Assembly: GCF_032062105.1 (NCBI RefSeq)
Contig: NW_026930936.1
Location: forward strand, 310,001-374,000
Length of the DNA: 64,000 bases
Direction of reading: 5' to 3'
From: Saccostrea cucullata
Lineage: Eukaryota
Shown here piece by piece: positions 37,999 through 51,990 of this stretch; position 1 is the stretch's first letter, and each line of letters opens with the position of its first letter. Below the pieces are notes generated by a model. The model searched no databases and was not told the DNA's origin. It saw only the letters and a list, made by a program, of their open reading frames with translations. A program made the translations under genes and the position numbers.

Positions 37999-40554
37999 TG
38001 TAAAGAAGAATAATGACCCTAATCGAAGAACGACCGGGGTCATTATTCGACGTCGAAGATAAAAAGATCTATTGGCCAAAATGCTCACCTGACCTAAATT
38101 GTGAATAAATTGGGGATGTGTTGATCTCATAACATTATACAATTATTGCTATTTTAGGGTTGATAAGTTACATTGTAATGATTAAGAAACTAAAGGAGTT
38201 AAAAAGATTTATCTAGCCTAAAGGGTTAGGTGAAAAGGGTTCGATAGTGGAAAATTATTGTACTGCCAGAAAAACCCAGCAGTATTATATATTATTAGTC
38301 CTCTACCGGTGAAACAGGAGGGAACTATATGTTTCCTCTGCGTCTTTCCGTCCATCAGTCTGTCTGTCCCACTTGGTTTTCTACACTTTTGCAGATATTG
38401 AGCTGATTTTTGGTATTTGTGTGTAACTTGATGAGGTTCATATCAAGTTTACAATTTGTTTCACTTAAATGATTTTTAAGTAAAATTACAGCTTTTTTAA
38501 ATATCTTAATCGAACCAGAATACACTTGCCGGTAGGGGGCTAGTATTGCTAATGCTATACTCTCAGAATGCGAGTGTGTGATCGGGATGTCCGTCTGTCT
38601 GTTACGCTTTGGGGTACCCATCTCTTATCCACAACTCCTCTTATACCAATGAATAAATTTAATGACACTTTCACAAATTCTTTGTTACATAGCGCCATTG
38701 TGCACCACATATTTTACTGTTTGATCGGACACATATTTTGGGTTTCCGATGACAGAGCATGGACACTACTATTCTTTCTATAATATTGAAGAAAATCCAT
38801 CTGTTATCCACAACTCCTTCTATAACAATGAATAAAGAAGATGGGGGGGGGGGGGGGTGAGTGCCTCTAATGCGACAAACATGATGTAAAAATATGAATA
38901 TCAATTACTTCAATTTTTTTTTTGACATTTCATCTCACAATAAAGTATACTTAATGTAAAATCTCAGTAATTTACCAAAATCTCACAAAAAGACTGAAAT
39001 TATTTGCTTATTAAATACATGTAGCATTTACAAACTAAAGAGGAAAAAAAGATCATTTGTCATACATTAACAAACTTTTTCGATATGAATGGGTCTTCAC
39101 TCATTTTTTTTTTAAAGATAATCCTAAAGATTTTGCAATAAAATGTACATTTTTTGTTTACAAAACATGGTGCAATGACCCACTATACCTTAATAGTACA
39201 CTTTTATAACAAAACATTTGCATCTTTACGAGAATACTTGAAGTCTGTTTAGTCAAGAGTCATATCACAAACATGATTTAAATGCCACAACTCATCATGA
39301 GCTATATAACGTAGTGGTCAGCGTACGGATTTTTTATTGCTAGGGTTCGAATCCCAATATTTCAATATTTTTTTAAAAGATTTTTTTTTGAGAAATGTTT
39401 GGTTTATCATGATTTCATAAATTTTACTACCTAAATTTGCCACCTATTTTACTTCTTTGTCTTATTCATTTTGTCTGATTTTATCTTATATATTATTTAT
39501 TTTGGGTCTCCAAAAGAAAAATATAAAACATGAACTTTGGCATTTTAATCATATGTGAGGCGAAATATATATAACAAGATGTGTTTATGAAACACTGATG
39601 CCCTATAGCAACAAAGCGAGGATTAAACTTTTTCTTAAATGCAAATTTAATATATTGGTACCCAAAGTACGGCCATCTCACAGAAAATTCAATTGTAGAA
39701 TAGGAAAGCCCTAGCACCACATGTTCAAAAGTAATGGCAAAGGATTAGTTTTTTAAAAGGTAGGTCAGACTCAAAGTTCAAAGGGTCAAAGTTATTGGTA
39801 TCCAATGAAAGGTCTTACGAAAAAGAATACATATGTGAAGTATGAGAGTACTGAAATCTGACGTTCAAAATTTATGGCCAAAGTAAAAATTTATGGCGAG
39901 GGCTGAATTTTCTCAAATGCAAGTTAAACTCCAACTGTCCAGGTCAAAAGGTTAAAATTTTTGATACCCAAAGGAATATTTGTCACAAGGAATACACATG
40001 TGAAAGATGAAAGCCGTGGTTCTAACTACTCAAATGTCATAAGCAAGGTTAATTTCTTTGCGGACAAACAGCTAAAAAGACAGGCAGGCACACAGGGCAA
40101 AATCTTTATACACTCGAATCTTTGATTACGGGGCTAAAGAATTGGCCTTTGATAACAATGCACCAAATTCATAAATTTCATCTCCAGCGCCATGATGCGT
40201 TTGATCCATGTACCATCTTTGATTTTCTCGTTTGTTCCTTTTAAAAGAGAAATGAAGATTAATTGATTAATTGTCAATATTTTATTACTGATTTGTTAAT
40301 ATTTCGGCAGAGAGAAATGAGGAACTTCATTACCCCCTGAGAGCTAAGAAGAACAAAGATCAAATATATTCGAACAAATGCACTTTTCAATGGGGATCAA
40401 TTTGTTATAGGATTAAGATATAAAATAATGACCCCTAGGACTCTTTTCCTACAAAAAATAAAATTTTCTACGGGAAGGGGGAAGTGTCAATTTTGTCGTT
40501 TGAAAAATGACACCCCAGGTCATTAATCGATGGGGATCATTATTCGTCTTTACA
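37999..40554. mobile_element. Ginger-like non-autonomous TIR element carrying nested HINE fragments, inserted in a Naiad tail
   Basis: TGT...ACA termini with TIR TGTAAAGA(A/C)GAATAATGA(C/T)CC, and CCGG(T) duplicated on both sides. HINE pieces lie at ~38295-38870 and ~39575-40140. Confidence 0.65.
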
Positions 40555-41436
40555 CCGGTCACATCCGCCGTAAATGAATGAAAATTATTAATGCCCGCTT
40601 GTGTTTTCTATAAATAAGTGAGTGGGGCTTTAACCTGCGTTAAAATTTTACAATTAGAAAGATGGTGAAAATCTACTGTTTAAGAACATCAGGGCCGTAG
40701 TTATTCTAGTTTTTAATTTTGTTATATAGATTATAAAATGTGTATGTTTTAACGTACACCTTTAATACTAGATCACTGTTCCGGTCTCGTCAATGTCATC
40801 GTCAATGCAGAGTATAAATAATGGACGAACAATAACAGAATGAAAAAAGTCAGTCAGCATTTGACTCAATGATAAACTGTATTTGCTCAAAAGGTCATTG
40901 CATCGACCATAGAATTTAAGAAATAATGACTTTAAACGAGACTGCTGATATTTTTATTTCACCAACTTGTTTGTTAATAATTTACCTCGTTTTAGGAATT
41001 GTTCATGCGTAGAGCATGCTCTTGCATATCGAATCAACTGATATATATAAATTTAATATGCAGGTGATGAAGGTATATTGCTTCATAAGTAAGGGAAGTG
41101 TTGACGATAGAAAAGTTAGTCATCACGTGTATCAACTGTTATCAATAACAAAGAGATAAAAAACAAATATTCGAACAACATGACGTCAATCCTTGATTAT
41201 CAAAGGAAATTAAAAATGTAACAGAGATTGGAATGACAGTGAATCGTCTATTGTCTAATGTTTATACTATTGGTCGAAATATTAAATTCCTACGATTGTG
41301 ATTATTTTTTTTGAATCGGACAAGAAATGAAATCTTCGCCAGGACGGATATCTTCTGGCCTAAATACTGAACTCATTAAAGATCGACGTCAAGATAGATA
41401 AGAACAGTTGCTACAATTCATCTATCAAATTCGACA

Positions 41437-44319
41437 ATGTTTCCAATCGCCATCCCGATCATTATTATCAGTTCAGGTAAATGCTAATACTTCCTATAAC
41501 AAAGGCATCTCAGCTATTGCGTTTGAAGTTTTGTTTTATATATAAATGGATCTCGTAAATTAATTTACCTAGTGCAGGTTTTTTGACATCATTAACAGCT
41601 GCCTTTTCAATAAAAATTGAACTCGTTTATTTACTTACCTGTCATTATCCGTTCGCAAAATTATATTTTTAAAGCATTCTAATGGTACGTACAAGTACTC
41701 TGAAGTTGATTAAAAAAAGATAATTGAGTTTCTGATTAACAATATTTAGTTGATTTTTTGAGACCAGGGGCCCGTTCCACAAAAGAACTACGACTAAGAC
41801 CAAAATTTCATTCTGAATATAACTTTCTAATATAAAATCAAGTCATCATTTCGTAAGATCTTTTGTCGATGCAACGTCCTCATCAGCAAATACAATCTAC
41901 CATTAAGTCAAATGCTTTCGGACATTTTTTTATACAAATTGTTGGACCATTATTTTCATACTGAATTGACAACTGATTTTCCGTTATTTCCCGATTATGA
42001 CAAAGAGCACACGGGGGATGTGACCGGATTGCAGAGGATGCTCACTCCTCCATGACACCTGATCCCGCCTGCCTTTTTGGCTGTATGTCCGCTGATGTTT
42101 AAAAGGTCTGCATTTGCTCTAATCTGTGTATTGTTTGGTGGACTTTTGAGCTCGAATACTGTACATTATCTATATAAATTTCATTTTCTTTCAACACGTT
42201 CAATGCACAAGAAGTTCGACATTTTGATAATATTTTTTGAATTGTTAATTTGATGTTGATTACAGTTTCTCTCTCCTTTGCTGAACTTCCGTCTTGTTCC
42301 CACGGTTGGATACGCAATGGGTCTTCCTGTTACACCTTCATCAGTGACGTACAAATGGACTGGGCGGAAGCAATGGTCAGTTAGATTTTTTTTTCTTTTT
42401 ATACCTAAATACGTACATGAAGAAACCAAGGACGATCAACGAAAGCTGAAAAGCTTGTTTCCAATTAGGACCTTTGCTTGGTATTTGCGTGAGGAATTTA
42501 TATTATTTTCCGGAAGTCGAGTGCCCCCCAAAAAACCATATGACAGAAATGACAACCAGCTAACATTTTCACTTAAGACCAATGCCGATCACTAGGATCG
42601 AAATCGTATCGTAGCCTCGATAATCTTTAAGTGAAATAACTGTAAATATTTGTTTTGATTTATGACAGATGCGGTGGGATTCTTTTCCTTTATTGATATT
42701 CCAATTAAAATTAATCGAATTTTTTCTCCCTGATATTTCAGTTATTCTGTAAATCACTTAAAGCAAACCTTGTTGAAATAGAAACGGAGAGCGAAAATGA
42801 GTACCTTCGTCAACATTTACTGGGAATTGGGTCAAAAGGTAAGTATTTCCCACTCATGAAATGTTTACACTTTCATAAAATTCAAGAGAAAGACATAACA
42901 TTTGAGTATAACGAACAGTTTCAAGCTCATAGTCCACTGAAGCAATACAAATCAGGAGCAGAACAAACTCGGACGTCTAAAGTACAAAGCTAGAATCAGG
43001 TTCCATAGAGGTGTGAACATCCCCTTCTGACCCGTCACATTTGTCTTGATCGGGGAAATAACGGATAATTCTGTCGAGAATTTAGTGTGTCAGTGACGGC
43101 CTAAAAATTAGTATGAAAAATGTTTATCTGCATTTGATTAAATGTTAGATTGTATTTGCCGACATTGTTTCGACTATAGAACTTAAATTGCGAAATGGTT
43201 ACTTTAACGAGACTGTTGATAACATTCTTACAGCAAATTGTTTGTTAATAACTTACTATGTTTTAGAACATAGTAAGTTACTTACTATGTTTTAGAAACT
43301 CTTCGTACTTAACGCATACTATTGCAATGCTAGGATACCATAAACACTGTTTTAGAAGTAAAATCAACCATTAAAAATAGTTTAAGGATTTGCTTCGTCT
43401 CGCCAAAAATTGTTTTTACCCTTATTTCACATGGAATGGAATACATTGTTTAAATTAGTTTTGGATATTTTTACAGGGGAAAATAAACGTTTGAACCTGA
43501 ATGAATGTTCAAGTTTTTCTTTTCTTTATTATTTCTAACTTTCATTGTACCTGTATTTCGACAAAGTGATTTATTGCTTGATGCTTCCAAAATGAGGGAA
43601 AAATCTAAGCAACTTCCTCAGTTCTGTTTTTAGAGCGCAGTGTGTGTTAAGCTTACATTTTGTATCGTTAAATTTTACTTTTGAGCTTGATAATTTAATC
43701 TAAGCTTCACATATCCTAAGAATAAAGAAATTTTCAATTTTATAGGTGTTTGAAAATATAAATCATCAATTCTCGGAGAATTGCATTTCTGTCCGCCATG
43801 TAACAAAATGTTAACTAAATGTCCAAAACTCCGGGGAACACAATCGTAACACCATATTTTTTTTTCATTTTAGGTAATTTTTGGATCGGTCTGAATGATA
43901 TCTTAGTAGAAGGGGAATGGGTGTGGATGTCTACCCAACAAACGCCCTCGTATACAGATTGGGCCCCCGGACAACCAGACAACTATCAACAACATGAAGA
44001 CTGTGCATTTCTCTGGCAGGCTACCACACTGCACTGGGACGATGTAGACTGTTCTACTAAATTCAGTTTCATCTGTGAGAAAACGTGGGTTTGAATTTAC
44101 TAGTGTTATTATAATTTTTGTCATTAATTTTCGTATGTCTATTTTAATGTCTGTTATAGTATATTTTAACATGAAATGGCTATTGAATGTATCTCTTAAG
44201 ATAAACAAATTGATATACAATTTGGACAAAAGGGAAGATTGATTTTATTAATTAATTTTAAGTTAAATGCTGTATTTTATTTTAGATTTACTGACCATGG
44301 TATTGAGATATTCGGCTAG
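41437..44319 (+). CDS. Secreted C-type lectin gene D (163 aa, QPD/WDD)
   Basis: Exons 41437-41476, 42266-42375, 42742-42838, 43874-44084 and 44286-44319. Protein: MFPIAIPIIIISSVSLSFA signal, ending IEIFG*. AATAAA at ~44353. Confidence 0.88.
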
Positions 44320-44997
44320 CATATCTGCCTTACATTGTAACTTTCTATGACGAATAAATAAAAAAGAAAATAAATAGTTTCTTATTTAAAGATCATCTGG
44401 TTTAGCTCCAAATTTAGATATGTGTCCCAAAAATATCTTCACTTATCTATTTTTATTAATAAGATGTACCAAAATAAAATCTTTATGACTTCTTTTGACA
44501 TTGAGTTGGTAATTACAATATATATTGGGAAAACTTAAAAATGTTAACGACAGTCATCTGACCTGAACAGTGGAAATAAAAAACTTGCGTATACATGCTT
44601 GTATTTGGAATTTTTTTTTTTATCTAATGAAAGAATATATATATATATATTTTCCCGTAATATTCATGCATGGATTTGCTAACCATCTTTTTTATTATTT
44701 TGAAACAAAAATTAAAGGTATTTACATATTTCTTGAACAACCTACGTACATGTCATACATGTAACTGTCCTTCATTCAAGCTTGTTGAATCTATGTAAGT
44801 AAAGGACGATTAAGAAATCTTGATATGAAGGTAAAAACAGATTTCAAATTTATTATAAACATAAAATCGATCATCTAATGACAATGAGAGAGAGAGGGGG
44901 GATACTTCTGTTAGTTTATGAAAGAAAACCCTTTTTATAACATTTTTTTATTTCAAGACTCGAAGACATTTTCAAGGACGCACTAGTGTTTACATGG

Positions 44998-47630
44998 TCA
45001 TCCGATTATAGTACCTCCTTCGTCTATCCTACAAATAAGAATGATTATAAGAAAAGTTAATATATAAATATACATTATTTTTTCATCTAAAATGAAAAAT
45101 AGACGATAAATAGGCACATACTATTTTTTGATATAAATAAAACAAATTTATTCAACAAATTATGATTTCTTTCAATAACTAACATATTTGATGAGTCTCA
45201 AACAAGTTTTCTATTGTTTTTGCTAAAACATCAACATAAAATACTGGAGATAAAATTAGAAATTTTATCGAAACTATATTTGAATGTTATTTTTTGGGTA
45301 TATGCATCACATATACATTATATATATAACAAAGACACATTGTTATTCAAACGAGAAAACCTTGAGTTCATCCTTATGTTTTAAAACCGTCAATATTTAT
45401 ATGAATAACTTACGAAGAAATAGTAAATTGATTATTGTTTTTTGGATTATATACTAGTAAAAGATAATGAATTGAACCAATGGAGATTCTGTACTCACTC
45501 TCTCTCGCAAATGAAGTAATGTGAGTTATCACACTGGTCATCGTTCCAGTGGTAGTGTTTGGAATGTGATAACAGAACACAGTCCTCATTGTGACCATTG
45601 TCTGGCTGTCCAGGAGCCCAGTCAGAAAACGACACGGTATTTCCTGAAGGCAACCACTCCCAGTTACCCTCCGATGAATCATCGGTCAACCCAATCCAGA
45701 AATCAGCTGCAGAAATAAATATAAACAAATAAATTTACTATTTCACTAAGCTTTTTTAATCGAAATTAATCGAAAAAAGGTAGACTTCATTGAAATATTT
45801 TTTTTCGTTTTTCCTGCTGAAGTGTAGCGATTAACATAAAAAATAATACAGTAGTTTGAGGAAACAGTTTATTTGATTTGATGAAATGTCGTGTCAACAT
45901 ATTTCTAAATGCAAAGGAATGATTCCTTAAGGTATTCAATCCCTTATAGGAACAAATTCAATGAAATTGAATACATAACAGATATGTAGGCAGTGAATAT
46001 TCAGTTTATTTAGACATAATTCCCATTTATTACTATAAGTATGTATAGTGGGATGTGTCCTAATTTATGACCTTGAATTTTGGTAAGAATTATCTCCTCC
46101 TTTTTGTAATAAATATAAAAATTAATTTTAAGAATTTTAGCCGTTAAAAAATTGCTTTCAAATATCATTATATTTCTAATGTTTCAATACATCTTTCCAC
46201 CGCAGTATTTATCGATATTCAAATTATTTGAATTTTTTTTATTTTGAAAAAACGCTTTTCCCCATAGACTTCAATGCAATCTTTGTTAATTAACTACTGC
46301 TTAATTAATGAAATTTTTAAAACTTTCTCGCGGGCAATCCTTTTCCACCATAAAATGCTTTAATTAAATATCAAGAGTATTATATGCTTGGTGGGCATTT
46401 AAGTGTGGAGAATTCGGTCCTATTAGGGATGGAAATCCTTAAGAATAAATAACACAGATAAAACTTTTTATTCCAAAATGCAGGTATCTTTTATAAAATT
46501 AATGAAGTTGTCTTGTTTAAAAGTTTCTTTGGACATTTTCGTGAATGCATTTTAACATTTCATACATTATTCTTAACTACATTTTAATTGAACGAATATT
46601 GTGAAAAAAAAAAAAAACACCACTTTTACTCTTGTATATTTGAGATTACAAAACTTATTTATGATATGTATTCTTAAACATGATACGCAAATAAAAAAAA
46701 AATAATTAAAGAAAGGAAATGTTGCACGTTATGTATATACTTACAGTGAATGCCCATGTCTATTGAATGCTTTCTGAGGAAGTCATTCTCTGTTGAGGAG
46801 TCTACTTCTACTAGTGAAGCACTGTGAAGACTGCAGTGATACTAATGAGAAACTTTATGAGGAAATCGTCGTTTAAAGATGAGTATACAATGATTTAAAG
46901 AATAATTTCTATGCTTTGTGGTTCGAATTTTAATTTTGCAGTAAGTGAGTCATAACTTAAATTTTGTCTGGTAAAACGGTAAGCTTACGGGTGATTTATT
47001 TGTGTCCAGCTAGGAATATTCAAGGATAGACATTTTCCTAACATTTTAAAACATTTTTCTTAGAATAAATCCATTACTTTATCCAAAAGAGACTCTTAGA
47101 TTTATATTTATCTTATTGCTTTTACGTGTTGTGTTATACAAAATATTTAATAACAATGGGTAGAAAAGTAACGTTTCTACGTTATAAAAATGTATACAAA
47201 TATTTCTATGAATATGATAACATTTGATATGAGAAATAATAATTAAAGTCTAATGTAATACGTTAAAAGAAAAGAATAAAAGAATATGGTCCAATGTTAA
47301 GAAAAACAAAGGATTCAACAATTCCTGAAAAAATGTCACTTCATAAATGCTGTAGTTCTCTTAATAATTTAAAATTAATTTACGGTCTACCGAGGTCATA
47401 CCGAAGCAGAGGTCCAATGCTCTTTTGAGGAAGTCACAAAAGAATAACATGTCGAATCGTTTTGTATCCAACCAGGCGGACAAGGGGCTGCAGATACGGC
47501 GGCAACTTCAATTTAAAAAAAAGATCCCAATGAATACCATATTCCTCCGCAGATATATCTTTAAAAATGTTAAACATGACCAAATAAACATGTTACCTTC
47601 ACACATCAATAATAGTAGAAATAAATTCAT
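44998..47630 (-). CDS. Secreted C-type lectin gene E (157 aa, QPD/WND), inverted orientation
   Basis: Exons 47630-47597, 47505-47402, 46841-46745, 45706-45499 and 45028-44998. Protein: MNLFLLLLMCEVAAVSA signal, CPPGW, WIGL, QPD, WND, ending GTIIG*. Confidence 0.88.
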
Positions 47631-47889
47631 GTTTGTTTAATGTGAGTGTAAAGATAACTGATAAACTCTTCAGTACGTGAGAAATCCCGACTTTTATAGA
47701 AGATAAAACCATATCAATATTCAGGAGTGGATCCATGATTTTTTTTGGGTCGCCCTCATAATTTAAATAATTTTCAAGATTTGAAATACAGTAAGAAAAC
47801 TTCAAATAAAAGTTTATTCAAATTTAGATTTTTTCAAATTGTTTGCTTTCCTTATTTTATGCAGTCATATTCCATTACTACTTGTACTG

Positions 47890-48750
47890 CATGAAATATA
47901 TGGAGATAAGAACAGTATTCAAGATCAAAAGTCCATAAAAGAATACAAAATAGGAGCAAAGCGAAAAATCGGAGGTGGGATCAGGTGCCATGGAGGAGTG
48001 AGCATCCCCTGCTGGCTGGTCACACCCGCCGTGTGTTTCTTGTCATGATTAGGAAATGACGGAAAAGCCCGTCGTCAATTTAGTGTAACAATGGACTAAC
48101 AATTAGTATGAAAAACGTCAGTCAGCATTTGACTCAATGATAAATTGTATTTGCTGACAAGGGCGTTGTTTCGACCATAGAATTTTCGAAATGATGACTT
48201 TAAACGAAACTGTTGAAATTCTTGTTTCATCAACTTGTTTGTCAATGATTTACCTCGTTTTAGAAATTGTTCATACGTAGAGCATGCTCTTGCATATCGA
48301 ATCACCTGAGATATATATACTCCATATGAGATGATGAAGGTATATTCCTGCATAAATAAAGGAAGTTGACGATAGAAAAGTACTGTCAAAGTCGTTACGT
48401 TTATCAAAGATTTTGGTTGTTGGATTACCATTAACGCAATTTTCAAGTAAAATATCCAAATATGAAAGAGACGTGTCAGATTCTGCTGTATCTTTTATCT
48501 CAAACTTACCAGGATATATCGTGTCAACATAAAAATGGAAATTACCACTGTTAATTTACAATACGTCGTCGATATATCTAAATGTCGAGATGAAGGCTAC
48601 AGCAAGGGATGAAGGTATTTTGCTGTATCTGACAAAATAAGAGCAGAGCAAATGCGGACCATCAAAATATCAGAGGTGGAATCAGGTGCCATGGAGGAGA
48701 GAGTATCCCCTTCTGTCCGGGCACTCCCCCGGTGTGCTCTTTGTCGTCAT
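47890..48750 (-). mobile_element. Naiad PLE 3' half (RT core to tail) with an upstream second tail piece
   Basis: Minus strand gives TFRYIDDVL, then YGVYISQVIRYARAC...FRKFYGR...MLTDVFHTNC*; no endonuclease follows the RT. Confidence 0.85.
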
Positions 48751-49768
48751 CATAATTGAAGTCTAAATCATGTAATTTGTACAAATATTCTTTCATGATT
48801 GCTTCCAAACTTTTTATTTACAAACAAACGTAAAACTGTTTTGCAGCTGTTTTATATCTAGATATACACCATATTCATTAAGATCGTATTAAATTTTCAT
48901 GTTCCTTCTCCTAACAATTCTAGTGGTCAGGTCTTACTGGCGATATGAATGTACCCGGCAGATGATATTTAAGACCTTGGATCACTTTCACTGTTTAAAG
49001 AGGCAAACATTAGGGAATTCAGATGCAATAATTGGCAATAGCATTTTATAGCTGTAATGCATTCTGTTGATTCTCCTCTAAAGAAATTTACAGTATTGAG
49101 ACAAGAAGGAAATTCTGTGCAAACTTTCGGTAAAGATTAAGTTTCTTCATCAATATGTGTAATATTTTTTTTTTGTGTATCAAAAAATCTTTTTTTTTAA
49201 AGTATGGCTTTGTAAAAGTTAAATAATTGTTTCGATTTTTTTAAAGTTTAGCTTATAGTGGGGTATAATGAATTTATCATCATAACAATATCTTGATCTG
49301 AAGAGCCGCATCATGTCAAGTTGACAGATGCGAACGTTCGGATCAAAATTGATGTTTTGTATAGTTTTATCAATAATGATAACACATAGTCTTTTTTATT
49401 ATTCTTTTTTTTAAAAATCTTTTTGAATAATATTTTTCCTTTACATGCTTTGCCAAAAAAAAATTTATATATTTGTATATTATAATTTCAAAGACATGTG
49501 ACTAATACTAAAATATTTGAAATAAATACATTGTAACACATTCTTCACATATTTCATGTATATGTATACTTATATGAAATACAGTGAAACTCGTATAATC
49601 AGGATGTTGTGTTATCCGACACCCTGTCCAATACGTCCCTTGCAATAAATTCTATTGTTTTAAATACTGTTTAATCAGGAATGTTGCCGAATCCGGCTCT
49701 TTTCTTTGGAACCAGTGATATTTAATTATTAAATGATTAGACCATTTTTACTGAATGTTCAATTCACA

Positions 49769-50974
49769 TTACTTTCCAGTTGTTAGAATCAGAAAGAGGA
49801 AGAGTGTTACAACAATGTACAGGCTACAGAGCATAAGCATGAGTCGATCGATAGTTCTCGACACCATCTTCCATGTGACATCAACGTGTTTAACATTCTC
49901 TGTTCCATCATTGGTGGACATTGTGTTTTCATAGTTACTTACGCGATGAATTTTTCGAGCCGTTTGTCTTCGTCCACACTGGCGTATTATTCTAGCTAAT
50001 ATTCTTGGTACTCTTTCTTCGGCCGGGTCTTTATAGTAGGCAGAAAGTCCAAAAATAACAGTGAAGCAGACGAATGAGCCAGTTATCAAATCACTCAGAA
50101 CGAAATAGGACAGGATTGATATTGGACTAGACGTCTTTGGAAGATTGTCTCCAACTATTGTCAAAAATACAGCTATCGAGAGAAGGACTGTAATAGAGTA
50201 TGATAAGCGTTCTCCGCTCTCTATTGGGACAAAAAATACTAAAACATACAGGATCTCCAACAACTTCATTGGAATTACAATGTTCATAATAGCGAATGCA
50301 GGACGTCGCTTCAATTTTAAGTCAATACTTATGTAAGACAGATCGCCATTCAGGTGTGTGGACAATGCTGCATGAATCACATCCCATGTGCCATGACGGT
50401 TAAAATAATTCATATTGATGGTAGGGTCGGGAGCTTTTATTCGTATAGCAGAAGAGGGGGAACCCCAGCACATTAATTCTATAGGACAGAATTGAATATC
50501 AAAAGGGTAGTTTGCTACATCTACAGCACAGGTGCCAGAAATGACTTCAACAGGTAACCACAAGGCCGTACCATTATAAAGGTATGTAATCGGAAGGTTT
50601 CCCATACCAAGGCTAGCAAATCTTTCAAAGGGACTGACTACCATAAGCCCAGGTTTCCAAACTTTCTTTTCTGGAATTTCTACTGAAAGAAAGTTTTTGT
50701 AGACGGAAACATCCCATGTTAAACGTAAATCATACCACGTGATACTGAAGGTACCAACCACAGAAAATTTCCCTGTCATCTCATCCAGTTCTTTTATTCC
50801 AACAGGAAAAAAGGACACATTTACATCGACGGGAAATTCTGGTGCTATCAACGGGCGAATATCTTTGTTGTAGTCAGACAGTAAACGGTCGTACAAACTT
50901 TCCAGTTGTGTGAAATTGGATGATAAACTTCTGGCAATACACAAAAAATAAATCACAAATTTTACCAGGAGCAT
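49769..50974 (-). CDS. Intronless nAChR-like Cys-loop ligand-gated ion channel subunit (401 aa, non-alpha type)
   Basis: Signal peptide, YNKDIRP, VWKP, Cys-loop CAVDVANYPFDIQFC, LKRRP pre-M1, ESGERLSYSITVLLS M2, M3, short intracellular loop and VTWK..RTIDR M4. No vicinal Cys in loop C. Confidence 0.93.
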   Translation of the reverse strand: MLLVKFVIYFLCIARSLSSNFTQLESLYDRLLSDYNKDIRPLIAPEFPVDVNVSFFPVGIKELDEMTGKFSVVGTFSITWYDLRLTWDVSVYKNFLSVEIPEKKVWKPGLMVVSPFERFASLGMGNLPITYLYNGTALWLPVEVISGTCAVDVANYPFDIQFCPIELMCWGSPSSAIRIKAPDPTINMNYFNRHGTWDVIHAALSTHLNGDLSYISIDLKLKRRPAFAIMNIVIPMKLLEILYVLVFFVPIESGERLSYSITVLLSIAVFLTIVGDNLPKTSSPISILSYFVLSDLITGSFVCFTVIFGLSAYYKDPAEERVPRILARIIRQCGRRQTARKIHRVSNYENTMSTNDGTENVKHVDVTWKMVSRTIDRLMLMLCSLYIVVTLFLFLILTTGK

Positions 50975-51679
50975 GATTTCAGCTGGTGTTAATTCGGTGA
51001 CGTTTGAGTTAATATAAGTTTTATTTTCTTGTGTATGAATATTGCATTGGGATTAATAACTGAACTAAAATGCTTTAATTTTAAAATATCCATTTAATTT
51101 GCGAAGTGCTTTAATTAAAGGACATGATTACATCTTGAACTGCATTACTGTTTACTTTCCAAAAAATACGCATAGAGCTCATAGAGCCATATAAATAAAA
51201 GTGTGAGAAATCTACACGTTTCAGTAATAAATTGATTTGAGCAATCAATATTTTATTTAGGATTGAAAGGAAACAATTCAAAAGGATTTTAATAATAAGA
51301 AAAATATATGTATATTTCGAAAAATCTTTAAATTACTTTTTAAAAAATTATTAATATCTTGGTCAAATAGTGCGTACGTATTAGTACACCGGTAATATTT
51401 TCTTCTTTTTGAAAATAATTATGTTTGAAAAGAAGTGTAAATTTGATTCCATAAATTGACCACTTTTATTAAAATCACACTTCTTAAATCCGCATCATAT
51501 ACATTCTGCAGAGTATATACGGCGTGGATCTAAGAAGGATTGTAAAAATGACAATAAAGTGAAATATACACCAGGCATGGAGAGAACTAAAAACGATATT
51601 TTGTAATAATGATTAATTAAAATCAATTAATATTATTCACAAACATTTGAATCCTATATTAATCAACATCAGGGAGATA

Positions 51680-51990
51680 CGAGGGCTCTTCAATAAATAA
51701 TGACCTGAGCTCTATGACAAAATACAAAATAGAAATCATATGACACTAAGCTTGACTTTCTTTCACTATTGAATCTTTAATGAATTCATTACAGTTTATG
51801 TGACCACTTTTCACCACAATGTTTCACGGTGAGAATTTGGAAAACAAGGGCTATTCGAGACACTGCATTAGAAATGAATGGTAAAGATCAGTAAACTAGA
51901 GTGAAATTAAACGCTTCATAAAAGCTGATGTTAAACACGTTAGGAATCCCAAAGAAATATTTACTGAAATATGTGAAATTTACAGCAGCC
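51680..51990 (+). mobile_element. Mariner-like 5' fragment
   Basis: TA|CGAGGG terminus as in 5575, followed by decayed sequence resembling a mariner HTH start (FIK...NPKEIFTEICEIY); no right end found. Confidence 0.4.

Noticed and set aside
39298-39357. tRNA gene (also 644-705 and ~57345-57400)
   Set aside because: Only A/B-box-like remnants without full cloverleaf pairing; more likely decayed SINE heads.
41546-41577. Possible first exon of lectin D ending AGTGCAG|GT
   Set aside because: It has an in-frame stop and the wrong phase; 41437-41476 fits the 40-nt signal-peptide pattern.
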